A DNA stretch of 64,000 bases from Patescibacteria group bacterium (GCA_041671645.1 JBAZBD010000001.1:85561-149560), one strand, 5' to 3'; counted from the stretch's first letter, positions 27,701 through 36,069 are shown. Translations and numbers: made by a program. The notes: generated from the letters alone by a model not told the origin.

Positions 27701-30700
27701 AACGGTAGCACTTATCAGCTTCTAACCAACTCGATCAAGCCAAAAACCTATATCAATCGAATTGGCGAGAATCTCATGGTCACTGCCGCCATTTCCAACG
27801 CCGCCACTCTGCTTGGGATTTCCGACGCGAAAGTTCAGGCAGCAGCCGGCGTCCTGGGTGCAATCAAGAACAATTTTGTCTGCGAGAAAAGCAAGATCAT
27901 CACCAGAGATAATTATCCATCAAACGGCGTTTCTGACGGACATTTTCTCTACGATGTGCAAGTAAACAATATCAAAAATGACTACTGGGAACAGTATCTC
28001 AGAACCGGCAAACATACTTATGACGATGTTGGCTTTCCCGTCTTGGTTTATGATGAGGTTGGCGCTGCAATCGGCTACTGTAGCGATGACACTTATGGCC
28101 AATTCGGCGAACTGTATACCAATCTTAATACCCTCTTCGGCTTCAATCTTGATGACAGGATGAATTTGCCGGAAGGCACGATCAGCAAAGTTCTATCTGA
28201 CCCCGACCACATCGTCGATAATATATTGAATATCGGACTCAGCAAACTTGACCAACAACTTGGACTTGACTATACCGTGGACGGTTCTTTCTCATTCAAT
28301 GGCTTCTGGAAAGCGACCTTTTACAAGGACGGCCAGAAGAAGGACGCAGAGAGAGAAAAAATCGACAGAAAGTGCTACAGCCAAAGTTATCCAGGGGGGA
28401 CAGACGTCGCCATCAAAACTCAGTATGACGCTGCCAACAACGATATTAAGCGATTGCTCGGAGAGTGGCCGGCCCGAGGAGCTTCACGGATCGAGGGCGA
28501 AAATTACCAGCAGTACTCGCAGAGAGTAACTTCTCAAGCCACTTTGGACGCCACTCACACTACTGAGATGCGGGACGCTTGGGTTAGCGATTGGGAAAAA
28601 TACAATCAGCAGGCTAACACTGCTAGCGGCAATATTACTATCCAAAACAATGCCTTTAATCAATGTAAGCTCGACAACAGGAAGCCAGTAAGTAACGCGG
28701 CGTTACGAGCAGATATTCTTGACTACGCCACCGGCCAACTTGTCACTTTGACTGGCAAACTACTGCGAGACGTTGTCGTTACGATTCCTGATTGCCAAAA
28801 CAATCGCGCCGCTTATCTTGACGGGGCAGGCAGCTATGACCCCGTTCTCTCCAACCAGCTTGATTATTTCGGCCAGCCTATTGGCTATGAAGAGTGCAAA
28901 GCCAAGGTCGGTGTTGTTGTTCCGAGAGAAGATTTGAAAGCACTTATCCAGGGCGACCTTCGCTATCTTTCCCCGATTGCCATGACAATCGCTTCAAACA
29001 TCGCCATGATACCGGTAGACATGTGGGGCACGGATAACTGCAATCCAGACGCCGATGGCCGATGTGAGAGTGCCGTTCCACCTCAATTCAAGCTCAGTTA
29101 CAACGACTACAAATATGCCATTTTTGGCAACGCTCAGTCCGACCAAGCGGCTCGGGACGTCGCCGCTTATAGTCACTTCAACTTAATTGAAAAAAACCCT
29201 GACGGCGTACGCATCAACTCAGGGCCGGAGTATCCTGTCTCTACTGATCCCTTCGACACGGGTCTTGGCATACTTTCAGATACCAGGGTGGCAAAAGTAG
29301 CGAATCAACCTGGCAGAGAGATTATCAACAACAAGACTGATATCTACACACAATACGGCTATACCCCAAGTAGTGCCGAGGCTGTCGATGCAATCAGCCA
29401 ACGAGCCGATTTGCAAAACAGCGTGGCCGACTTTGAAAACGCTTGCGGCATCAAGTATGGGCTTATCAGCAACAGCGCGGCGACTTGCCACAATGGGTCA
29501 CCAGAGTTTGCGGCCTATATTTCAGATAGAACTCAATTAACCGCACTAAGAGATAGGGAGACTGCGATTCTAGGCGAATCAAAGAACCTCTACCGAAACA
29601 ACTTGATGTACAAGGCGATAGACATAGCCGCCTGGAAACTTGATGGCAACGCCTATCCTGGATTTGCTCGCGCAATCGCAATCGGCACTCCCAAAATGAA
29701 GGCAGAGGCCCTTGTCACTTATCTCAAGATTGGTGCTCAGAGAGGCCATCTCTTCGGCATGGATTTCAGAGCAGTCAAAGATATCGAGCAGTGGGCCGGG
29801 GCCGCTCAATTTCTCTACGAGGCTGGGCAAAATATTCTTCGCGATACGGATACGTTTGACCCCCTAAGCACTCTTGCCAAGAATCCTAGCGCTCGATATT
29901 TCATCCAAGATTTTATCGTCTCTCGCTCAAAGGCCTGGTTTGGCTTCGAGATCCAACCAGACATGGCTGAGGGTATTATAGTCGGCATTGGTACTATGGG
30001 CTCAGCCGACCATCCTTGGGGCAATTGGGGGATCAAGGATGTCGGCATCGACAAAGTTTTTGAGGACCCGAACAACACGGGCGTCACTATTAATGTTGGA
30101 GGAGACAAGACAGTCCAGATGAAGACTCTGGGCGGAGCAACACAAGAGTATCTGGTCGACCGTCTTTTCTCCTGGGCCGACACCAAACTTGGTCTCGAGG
30201 CAGGCACTTCCTTCAAGCTCGCCAAGGGCATATATGACGCTTTCACTGCTTACGGCAAAGTATCTGCCGCCATCAAGGCCGCCAAGCTGGCTGGTTGGGT
30301 TGTGCCAAACTTGCCTCATACTGCCGCTGGCCTGGAAGCGATAGCCGACACTCTTTTCGATAAAGCAGACGCGTTAGCTTTGGATATAACAGACGCAGAA
30401 CTTTCGGCAAGCCTAACAGGGGCTGACGCTAACCAAATCGTTTATGAGAATACCGGATTTGATGGCGTAGACGCAGGAGAAAAAGCTGCCGAGGATGCCA
30501 AAGCTGCCTCTAAGACTATAAATACCGAGGGAACCAAATTCCAAGCTGCCAAAGACCTTGTTGCGGCCATAATCATTGAAATCTTAATTGGTAAAGCGCT
30601 TGGCAAAATCGTGGCCGGTTGGGAACAGGATCTTGGTATGATCCCTGGCACTCTGATGCCACTGGTTTCTGGTATTGTCACTTTCGTGTTTATCTTCGTC

Positions 30701-31282
30701 TGGAATACGGTGATGGCCACGATTGGAGCGGAGGTATTAATGCTATCCCAGGTGCCAGGACTTCAGTGGCTTGCTATAGCAATAGCCGTCATCGGTTTCA
30801 TTGGTGGGATGCTCTTTAGCACTAAATATTTCTACTGGTGTACTGCCGATGGATACTACCCAAGAGTTGGGTCTTTTGATTACAACAAGGACGTGGGTGG
30901 ATTTGGAGAAATAGGCGGACGAATCGATCGCGGCGCAGCCTTCTTGGGACCGCTCATGGCAACTTATGGCGTGAAAGTGGCACAATACAAAGCTCGCCAA
31001 TTGGTTGGCGACATGCTGGCTCTGCAAAACTCTCCTCGATTCAAAGATTCATATGGCGACGATATCGTACCAATCCAAATCATGACTGGTCGCAAAGTTG
31101 ATGTTGATTTCTGGAAAGAGAGCATTGATACCAATATGTGCAAGAAGATGCTTGATGAAGATTACATCGCCTGTGACGGCATGTGCGGCAAAGCGACTAG
31201 CGATGGCGGCTGTGTCAGTACTTCCCGTATGGGCGTCTGGGCCAATCCACAAACGATAGGCTGGACGCATATTGGATTTTAG
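21791..31282 (+). CDS. Giant (3163 aa) membrane-anchored surface protein
   Basis: Single uninterrupted ORF with an N-terminal hydrophobic signal/anchor and a C-terminal cluster of TM helices (GIVTFVFIFVWNTVMATIG, LQWLAIAIAVIGFIGGMLF). No recognisable catalytic motif; it is in an operon after the T4SS genes. Confidence 0.7.
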   Translation: MRDVKKFLQKFVFTLVALILVLNPYIELIPTDYFSSKAKAAINDIPDPEIASTDESDHDYEEEVDSDYTPEYSPNFIPDPVKDAFSLVVTDTTETFTDLTSTSSLLEDIGDAKIILTQSDFDAIKALRCMKNLLPPFAENMSKLYEFTIPEGIINSNEQYKNFPAKEEIDDAVSSEGSQATPRFGTPEEYLSYLKYGDSGDPLLTTNQNKEKFVNYVDSAKAYYGDDRLRADWLAQIDNLAENKTLDTDINTLACVTRITDAEQLMALIRESKTDETKRQYLLDRINESLDGLKIDIRAVKALIYLVTPKNKGGAGHWRIRVKKFLQTGRKSGESDALLTGAAKTVNCDPAKSAAECGMAQYQPGEATIEEKDGSAYTAYLESMNDGEQNDSMHQQGQAIDISEIDDIRCTIRKEVKQWGNVKGQNTPQPTRPIKLAWQTTEGFNKSEGANDFDMMSLIKSMATSEVVDFLGSINETDMSDYEGDLTRASFGDLVNVVGKSLMTEILASPDHNLKGYSTDSTLRNLGGIYIADYLGINRKLFTDKHINTPGDLFYEIGRGAIETRMKLPLNSLDTTNPAVPLFSTLAQTGTRKLEYELGLANGDLARLDPNSVASIYIGARVIEGTLNFKKFVWPSQDKPFAEFASTAEGLNWFDLLRLSPDTIDMMLHLKSGVTEALVKGKTLTPAQYDKMMKLPEGTTTESVKMNSDRYASIVGQVRLDETTFGFQYFAANDAAFSLPTGLWAEVIKFSPDTLQQSLAEVGIYTLSRLFGEDDASPLPKLEVGEQVVSIQTHEYGKDVTFQANDGNFGRWVFRSWLRDNLTKSTEEACQAPARPIEVDVSFDQAGAQQPNPNSLLDVQATFGTNVFKPVSLALDYQVTYNPAANGIPQPSKTLTKDVSEIRPISEEKATKYGFVNRDLQRIFGCASANGRDVYQRIGSELLYTALINQALSETDRAKIDIMDTDPTIHVANEEINFYIQRIFYIKKLLGQIDTQYGSIVSEGKDDIKSFVDLSKLSYDQLKQVYGDLTNLQLFSISKIAATASQTMTDIDTLKQVASDWKEYMRTRRADLVGDIAAVNQIVYLVNELWTTIAELDRGKAINGVDRIKFQQIDSTPLQEVVNQDRRQQAQERSDSAKKKGLSAWQVAQMMFDWIAGTITSSELFYRLGANSIEANIGLPPNSLVYLVRNYDQNGISGLDAFYQSVGQARIEENFGMPAFYFQGNFDAQAKPNFQSDLKAVYNMITTDSVLKHDYPDLAALSEADFLKYMDSLLTAPMLDYAADPWIQLIRTPGSPYSISSEPKTPGDDLNAYKAFYKKIADSQKAYTKSTAHWQAIVDNVDKRWKAKRASDVKGLGSSKYSESTVQDIVANIKQRCFTGVNKAQADGTVKCLNMTRSPEDDLLFRMGLPRGNFNAMTAENSVNNTSLWTRLAGTTQSIEQGFTIDQNAIKALFTGEDTRYINLSRKEKQVVEGSALKINTNVLSFYAQMLNGEVLPNDTDQYNLDTWTQYYVSNPYAPKQQASETCPVLYLPKGDASGTFMVNETTLENNSYCYYDAKGRHCFKSWDEAQRYAIAHEADSIRHLKVVIDGKEQEISNNILGYLANQLVLANNAALPDQATTDAAANANVTIHGTIELNLSDVYAGLVRFVNDNSMVDIFGDKNKSIAMISAIAGSTTVPASILEKLFTREPSVNSVATFKKKVGVKEAQKVVTYQIFGALQLGLAVGPDYFDAGDLYDVLNGDYTALTNIATNYIDLKAELKPGTTRLLYEARNPESITCALAQAGGSMLGRIFGLNNIPLNGIQNVSSFKEAVGQAKVEETLSLPRGTFRGNNLYELLDNVGPINFMIAFKIPVDPSVANGISDDIDKILNSNTSYSQGANLAYRLTRVRDVLSTRNILQSDIGTAIANINSALKNYFINDLLKQFENDPTKIQVALSARNQNNRDWYYAVQDFYQQTSSLDKTFAVSNGSTYQLLTNSIKPKTYINRIGENLMVTAAISNAATLLGISDAKVQAAAGVLGAIKNNFVCEKSKIITRDNYPSNGVSDGHFLYDVQVNNIKNDYWEQYLRTGKHTYDDVGFPVLVYDEVGAAIGYCSDDTYGQFGELYTNLNTLFGFNLDDRMNLPEGTISKVLSDPDHIVDNILNIGLSKLDQQLGLDYTVDGSFSFNGFWKATFYKDGQKKDAEREKIDRKCYSQSYPGGTDVAIKTQYDAANNDIKRLLGEWPARGASRIEGENYQQYSQRVTSQATLDATHTTEMRDAWVSDWEKYNQQANTASGNITIQNNAFNQCKLDNRKPVSNAALRADILDYATGQLVTLTGKLLRDVVVTIPDCQNNRAAYLDGAGSYDPVLSNQLDYFGQPIGYEECKAKVGVVVPREDLKALIQGDLRYLSPIAMTIASNIAMIPVDMWGTDNCNPDADGRCESAVPPQFKLSYNDYKYAIFGNAQSDQAARDVAAYSHFNLIEKNPDGVRINSGPEYPVSTDPFDTGLGILSDTRVAKVANQPGREIINNKTDIYTQYGYTPSSAEAVDAISQRADLQNSVADFENACGIKYGLISNSAATCHNGSPEFAAYISDRTQLTALRDRETAILGESKNLYRNNLMYKAIDIAAWKLDGNAYPGFARAIAIGTPKMKAEALVTYLKIGAQRGHLFGMDFRAVKDIEQWAGAAQFLYEAGQNILRDTDTFDPLSTLAKNPSARYFIQDFIVSRSKAWFGFEIQPDMAEGIIVGIGTMGSADHPWGNWGIKDVGIDKVFEDPNNTGVTINVGGDKTVQMKTLGGATQEYLVDRLFSWADTKLGLEAGTSFKLAKGIYDAFTAYGKVSAAIKAAKLAGWVVPNLPHTAAGLEAIADTLFDKADALALDITDAELSASLTGADANQIVYENTGFDGVDAGEKAAEDAKAASKTINTEGTKFQAAKDLVAAIIIEILIGKALGKIVAGWEQDLGMIPGTLMPLVSGIVTFVFIFVWNTVMATIGAEVLMLSQVPGLQWLAIAIAVIGFIGGMLFSTKYFYWCTADGYYPRVGSFDYNKDVGGFGEIGGRIDRGAAFLGPLMATYGVKVAQYKARQLVGDMLALQNSPRFKDSYGDDIVPIQIMTGRKVDVDFWKESIDTNMCKKMLDEDYIACDGMCGKATSDGGCVSTSRMGVWANPQTIGWTHIGF

Positions 31283-31287
31283 CGGTT

Positions 31288-31308
31288 CTTCCCCTTTTGA
31301 AGGGGAAG
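31288..31308. terminator. GC-stem hairpin terminator after giant gene
   Basis: cttcccctt-ttg-aaggggaag has a 9-bp stem. A near-identical copy is at 39521-39541. Confidence 0.55.
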
Positions 31309-31408
31309 TTAGATGGGGTTTATAATAAGCCTCACCTACCCTCTGCTTGCCGGCCGTAGCCTTGGCGAAGGCTGGCCACTCTGCCACTCGTTCTGTTACA
31401 ATCTATTC

Positions 31409-31690
31409 ATGGATAACCTGAAGAATATATTGAACCGTTCTCTTGCCAAAAGAGGCCTCAAGAAGACGCTAGAAGGCCCCTTGGTTTGCTTTTATTGCGC
31501 CGAATGGCCAGGACAGCCCTTCACTCCAGTTTCCTACGCCAACGGCGTTCTGAAGGTCTCAGTCGCTTCTTCCCCCGCCGCCGCTGAATTACAGATGGTC
31601 GAGTCAGAACTCAAAGAATTTTTGAACAAAAAAACCGCCAAGCAGACGGTCAGGCAGATTAGAATCGTAGTTTCGAATAGGTCTGATTAG
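31409..31690 (+). CDS. DUF721/DciA-like small protein (helicase-loader family usually near recF/dnaN)
   Basis: Roughly 94 aa with Cys pairs (CFYCAEW) and the conserved synteny position next to recF-dnaN-dnaA. Start taken at the internal ATG 31409. Confidence 0.45.
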   Translation: MDNLKNILNRSLAKRGLKKTLEGPLVCFYCAEWPGQPFTPVSYANGVLKVSVASSPAAAELQMVESELKEFLNKKTAKQTVRQIRIVVSNRSD

Positions 31691-31703
31691 CCCTGAACTG
31701 TGG

Positions 31704-32726
31704 TCAGAGCTCGACCACTTTGCACTCTTTGATATCAACTAGATATGAACTATCAGTCGTCGTCAGCACGGTCTGATAATTTTCAATTAGTTTCGAGAGG
31801 TGGCTTCTGCGATCAAGATCAAATTCGGAGAAAAGATCGTCCAAAAGTAGCATCGGTTTGTCGTTCTCGTCAGTCAAGAACTCCAGCTCAGCGATTTTGA
31901 GAGCCAATATAGCCGAACGACACTCTCCACGCGAAGCAAAGCTAGCCATCGGCTTATCGTTCAAATTGAACACGAGATCATCGCGATGCGGGCCGAAGAG
32001 CGAGCGCTTTGATCTAATCTCCCGCCAGATATTTTGCTTGATCGCTTCTTCTAACCCCTCGGGGGCAGAATTTTCGTATTCGATTTGTAATTTGTCCTTT
32101 GGATTGCCGGAGACAGAGCGGTAGAGGGAGCTTAGCCTTTTGTTTAGCTTTTTGATAGCGAGAAGACGCGCCTCGACAATAGACTGGCCGAGAGAGATAA
32201 ATTCTTTGTTCCAAAAATCTAGTTCGTCCGTCTGGGCGCGATGCTCGAAGATCTTCTGGAGGAGAGAATTTCTCTCAGCTCGGACTTTTTCGAAGGCCAT
32301 CACTTCTTTGAGATAATGCCTTTCAGATTGGCTGATCATAATGTCCAGGAAGCGGCGGCGCAACCGTGGAGAGCCGTTGATTAGCAGTATCATTTCTGGT
32401 GAGAAAATAACGCTTTTTTTGGTCCCGATGAAGTCGGATTGCTTGCGAAAAGCGCCGTTTTCCTTGGCTCGAAGCAAAAAGGTTGGTGCGTTCTGGATGA
32501 AGATTTCGAGCTCATCTGCTTTGATCCTGGCAAAATCATTGCCGATCATGACTAGGTTTCTCCTGTCATCTTCGCGAAAAGAACGGCAAGCAGAAACGAG
32601 ATAAATCGCCTCCAATATGTTGCTCTTCCCAACTCCGTTTTTGCCGATTATGGCAGTGACTGGGGAGAGCTCAAGCCGAAAATCTTTGTGATTACGGAAA
32701 TTTTCGAGTTCGATTGTTGTTAGCAT
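31704..32726 (-). CDS. recF: DNA replication and repair protein RecF
   Basis: N-terminal MLTTIELENFRNH, Walker A GKNGVGKSNILEAIYL, and the SMC-like signature. Confidence 0.9.
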   Translation of the reverse strand: MLTTIELENFRNHKDFRLELSPVTAIIGKNGVGKSNILEAIYLVSACRSFREDDRRNLVMIGNDFARIKADELEIFIQNAPTFLLRAKENGAFRKQSDFIGTKKSVIFSPEMILLINGSPRLRRRFLDIMISQSERHYLKEVMAFEKVRAERNSLLQKIFEHRAQTDELDFWNKEFISLGQSIVEARLLAIKKLNKRLSSLYRSVSGNPKDKLQIEYENSAPEGLEEAIKQNIWREIRSKRSLFGPHRDDLVFNLNDKPMASFASRGECRSAILALKIAELEFLTDENDKPMLLLDDLFSEFDLDRRSHLSKLIENYQTVLTTTDSSYLVDIKECKVVEL

Positions 32727-32751
32727 TATCGTTAGACTATGGCTTTCGGCC

Positions 32752-33861
32752 TTAGGATTCTAGCTTGAGCGGCATGATGATGTAGGTGTAATCCTCATCC
32801 TTTTTACCCTTGAAGACTCCAGCCGACGCATTGTCGTTGAATCCCAAGACGATTTGGTCATCCCCGGCTACAGCGAGGAAATCTAGAATATAGCGTGCGT
32901 TAAATGAGATCTCGAGAACGCCGCCGCTGACTTCAGCCTCAATCTCCGACCTGGCAGAGCCAGCCTGTGAGGCTGCCGACAGAATAGAAATTCCCTTCTC
33001 GCCGACTACAACCTTGATATTATTGTTGGCCGTATCCTTGGCAAAAAGAGAGGACATTTTCACGGCCGAAGCCAATTCGGCTAATTTGACAGTGGCCTTG
33101 ATCTTGGAACTATTGGGGATGATAGCCTGATAATTTGGATACGTACCCTCGATCAAACGTGAGGTGATGTGGGTATCACCGATTAGGAACGAGACTTGGC
33201 TGTCAGAAGATAATATCTTAACCTCTTCGGCGTGCTCGGTCGAAGCCAAAATTCTGAGAACTTCAGTCATGGTCCGGCCAGGGATAATCATGTGGTGCTG
33301 TGCAAACTTGGCGGCTAGTTTGATCTTCTTCTCGGCCAGTCGATAAGAATCAGTGGCGGCTAATATTAATTCATCTTCCTTGACGGAGAAATAAATACCG
33401 GCCAGGACTGGGCGCGTCTCGTCGGTAGCTGGGGCAACTGCTACTTTCTTCAGCGATTCGATAAAAAGGTTTTTGTTAATAACTACTGGTTCGGTCTTAG
33501 GAGCCTCAGGAATAGTTGGGAACTCTTCGGCGGCAATACCTTGGATCTTGGCCTCAAAATGGCTAGACTTGAGCTCTGCGGCCGTCCCGGTGGTGATAAT
33601 CTCAATGGATTCATCCTTATTATTCAAGACAAAGTCAGAGAGAAGCCTTGCGGGAAGAGTAATCTCCCCTTCCTCTTCAACCTTCCCAATAGTCTGGGTG
33701 GTGACGCCAACTTCCAAATCGGTCGCCGAGAATTTTATTTTTCCCTTTTCGGCTTTGATGTGGATATTGGACAAGACTGGCAATGTCGTCCTGGCGCCAA
33801 CTATCCGGCTGGTCGCTCCCAATACTTTAGCGATGTTTGATTGCAAAAGTATCACTTTCAT
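32752..33861 (-). CDS. dnaN: DNA polymerase III beta subunit (sliding clamp)
   Basis: 369 aa in three domains with a typical N-terminus (MKVILLQSNIAKVLGATSRIV) and the synteny dnaA-dnaN-recF. Confidence 0.9.
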   Translation of the reverse strand: MKVILLQSNIAKVLGATSRIVGARTTLPVLSNIHIKAEKGKIKFSATDLEVGVTTQTIGKVEEEGEITLPARLLSDFVLNNKDESIEIITTGTAAELKSSHFEAKIQGIAAEEFPTIPEAPKTEPVVINKNLFIESLKKVAVAPATDETRPVLAGIYFSVKEDELILAATDSYRLAEKKIKLAAKFAQHHMIIPGRTMTEVLRILASTEHAEEVKILSSDSQVSFLIGDTHITSRLIEGTYPNYQAIIPNSSKIKATVKLAELASAVKMSSLFAKDTANNNIKVVVGEKGISILSAASQAGSARSEIEAEVSGGVLEISFNARYILDFLAVAGDDQIVLGFNDNASAGVFKGKKDEDYTYIIMPLKLES

Positions 33862-34273
33862 TTGTTCTCCTATTCTTACTTATCCCCATTTTGGGGTAAA
33901 CCTGTGTCTAACTTAGTTATTTATATTGTTAAATTATCTTCTTCCAGACTATCTTATTTCGCTGAATCTTTTTGGTTGTGGAAAAGTGCAATTTATCACC
34001 AATTCGTTGTGAACAATCCCTCAAGTTATCAGCACTTTCTTTTGACTTTCAACTTTCAACTTTCAACTTTTGAGGTTCTCCCCATCTTTTCCCTAAGTTA
34101 TACCCCCGCTCTTTCCACAGCTTAGATAGGTAATAAGCTTCTCTAGCAATGGCTTATTTGACTTATCCCCTCTGTCCACACCCCTTATTACTACTACTAT
34201 TTATAAAGCATATTGTATATCTAACCCAAAAGGTTTGGATCCCAGTTCAAGCCTGGGATGACACCAAGGGGTG
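33862..34273. promoter_or_regulatory. Candidate oriC segment (dnaA-dnaN intergenic) with multiple DnaA-box-like 9-mers and embedded CAACTTT tandem repeat
   Basis: DnaA-box-like 9-mers are TGTGGAAAA (33977), TTATCACCA (33993), TGTGAACAA (34008), TTATCAGCA (34026), CTTTCCACA (34111) and TGTCCACA (34174). The region is AT-rich. Confidence 0.6.
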
Positions 34274-35662
34274 TCAACTGTAGGAAGTAAATATTCTATC
34301 TTTAATCACTGTCAGATCTTCTTTTAATCTTGGATCAGTAGCAATAGACTTTCCAATCTTCTGTTCTCCATGCATGATAGTGGAGTGATCTTTGCCACCC
34401 ATCTTCCTGCCTATTTCTGGATAGGAGAGGCCACACTCGCTTCGAAGCAGATACATGGTGATCTGTCTGGGGAATACTAATTCTTTTGTTCTTTTCTTGC
34501 CGAGCAAATCCTCGATCGGAATCCGGAAATACTTATGAACCTCACGGATAACTAACTCTGCGGTGACGTGTTGCTGTTTTTCTTCGATAATCGAATCTAA
34601 TATCTTAGCTGTCTGCTCCATATTCAATTCACAGTGCATAAGTTCGCAGGTGGCCAGCACTTTATTGAGAGCACCTTCGAGCTCGCGGACGGATGATTTA
34701 ACTCTCTCTGCGATGAAAGTAATAATCTTGTCGTCAACTTTGAGATTCATCCGCTCAGCTTTTTGTCTCAGAATCGCTTCTCTTGTTTCTAGATCTGGGT
34801 GGCCAATATCGCAAACCATACCGCCTTCAAAACGAGTCTTGAGTCTGATTTCTAGGCCCTTAATATCCTTTGGGACTCTATCCGAAGTCAAAACAACTTG
34901 TTTCTTGTTTTGGTGCAAATGATTGAAGGTGTGGAAGAATTCGTCCTGGGTTTGCTCTTTGGTGGAGAGAAACTGAATATCATCAATTAAAAGTAGGTCG
35001 ACGGTGCGGTATCTGTTTTTGAAATCCTTGGCTTTACCAAAACCTGATCCAACAGCTTGGATGAAGTCATTGGTGAAGGTCTCGGTCGAGACATAGAGGA
35101 CTTTCTTGTCGGGGAAGCGTTTCAGATAGGCGTGGCCGATTGCTTGCATCAGGTGGGTCTTGCCCAGGCCAGAGTCGCCGTAGATAAAGAGTGGATTGTA
35201 TTGCGTTCCTGGTTTTTCTGAGACGGCGTTGGCGGCGGCGAAAGCCAGTTGATTGGAAGGGCCAACTACAAAATTATTGAAGATATAATTATCATTCAGG
35301 GAAGAATTCTGCGGCAAAGGGACGGGGATTTCTCTATCCACAGTTAGGGTAGGTTTATCCACAGGCTTGTGGATAATTACCCCAGATTCGAGGTCTACCA
35401 CCTGGTCGGGGTCTGGGTTGGCGATCTTGAATTTGATCCCCAAAATGGCCTCATCAACCTGATTTTGAAGAGCTTTCTGGATTTCTTTGAGATGCTTCTT
35501 TTTTAGCCAATCTTCGACGAAGAAAGTAGGCACTCCGATCGTAAAAACACCTTTTTTGTAATCAAAAATGAAGGTTCTCTTGAACCAAGTTTCAAAGTTT
35601 GGCTTCGACAGAGTGACCTGAAGTTCGCCCAAAGTGTTTCGCCAGATTTCTGTTAGATCCAT
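34274..35662 (-). CDS. dnaA: Chromosomal replication initiator protein DnaA
   Basis: AAA+ Walker A GDSGLGKTHLMQAIG, box VII, and the C-terminal helix-turn-helix region (KRTKELVFPRQITMYLLRSECGLSYPEIGRKMGGKDHSTIMH). Confidence 0.95.
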   Translation of the reverse strand: MDLTEIWRNTLGELQVTLSKPNFETWFKRTFIFDYKKGVFTIGVPTFFVEDWLKKKHLKEIQKALQNQVDEAILGIKFKIANPDPDQVVDLESGVIIHKPVDKPTLTVDREIPVPLPQNSSLNDNYIFNNFVVGPSNQLAFAAANAVSEKPGTQYNPLFIYGDSGLGKTHLMQAIGHAYLKRFPDKKVLYVSTETFTNDFIQAVGSGFGKAKDFKNRYRTVDLLLIDDIQFLSTKEQTQDEFFHTFNHLHQNKKQVVLTSDRVPKDIKGLEIRLKTRFEGGMVCDIGHPDLETREAILRQKAERMNLKVDDKIITFIAERVKSSVRELEGALNKVLATCELMHCELNMEQTAKILDSIIEEKQQHVTAELVIREVHKYFRIPIEDLLGKKRTKELVFPRQITMYLLRSECGLSYPEIGRKMGGKDHSTIMHGEQKIGKSIATDPRLKEDLTVIKDRIFTSYS

Positions 35663-35928
35663 GATTATCCAATCGGTTATTTCCTAGTCGTAGAAAATAT
35701 AACAAGTTATCCACAAGGAGCGCAATGGTAGGGGCTTCGAGGCATTTATAATCAGCTTCCAGCCGATTGAATTGTTAATTTCTAATTACCCCCAAAGGGG
35801 AGCCTTCGGCTTAATTTCCAATCAATTTATATTTATTAATTAATAATTGAATAAAAATTAAGAACTAAAAAATAAGAATCACTGATTGGGTTGATTTTCT
35901 CTCATCTTTCTGTTATTATCCCTCTGTT
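35663..35928. promoter_or_regulatory. dnaA-rpmH divergent intergenic region with consensus DnaA boxes (dnaA promoter/second oriC module)
   Basis: A perfect TTATCCACA lies at 35707-35715 and TTATCCAAT at 35665-35673. The region also contains the mini-hairpin motif and the AT-rich repeat. Confidence 0.6.
35821..35868. repeat. AT-rich inverted repeat, left copy (flanks rpmH-rnpA-yidD)
   Basis: 35834-35868 is the exact reverse complement of 36782-36816 (35/35). The match extends with one or two mismatches to roughly 48 bp. Confidence 0.8.
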
Positions 35929-36069
35929 ATGGCAACATTTGGAACATATCAACCGAAGAAGAGACGCCGACAACGCGTCCATGGATTTTTGAAGAGGATG
36001 GCTACATTAAATGGCCGTCTCGTTTTGAGTCGCCGAAGAGCCAAAGGCCGCAAAGAACTCGCAGTATAA
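35929..36069 (+). CDS. rpmH: 50S ribosomal protein L34
   Basis: [46 protein letters not shown]. The ORF is under 60 aa and so absent from the ORF track. Confidence 0.9.
   Translation: MATFGTYQPKKRRRQRVHGFLKRMATLNGRLVLSRRRAKGRKELAV

Noticed and set aside
29815-30319. Antisense ORFs of 100-143 aa inside the giant gene, and many similar ones elsewhere
   Set aside because: They are embedded antisense within a long continuous ORF with consistent sense-strand coding. They are typical spurious ORFs.
35350-35375. Perfect DnaA box TGTGGATAA inside the dnaA coding sequence
   Set aside because: It is a single isolated 9-mer within a coding region, most likely coincidental rather than part of oriC.
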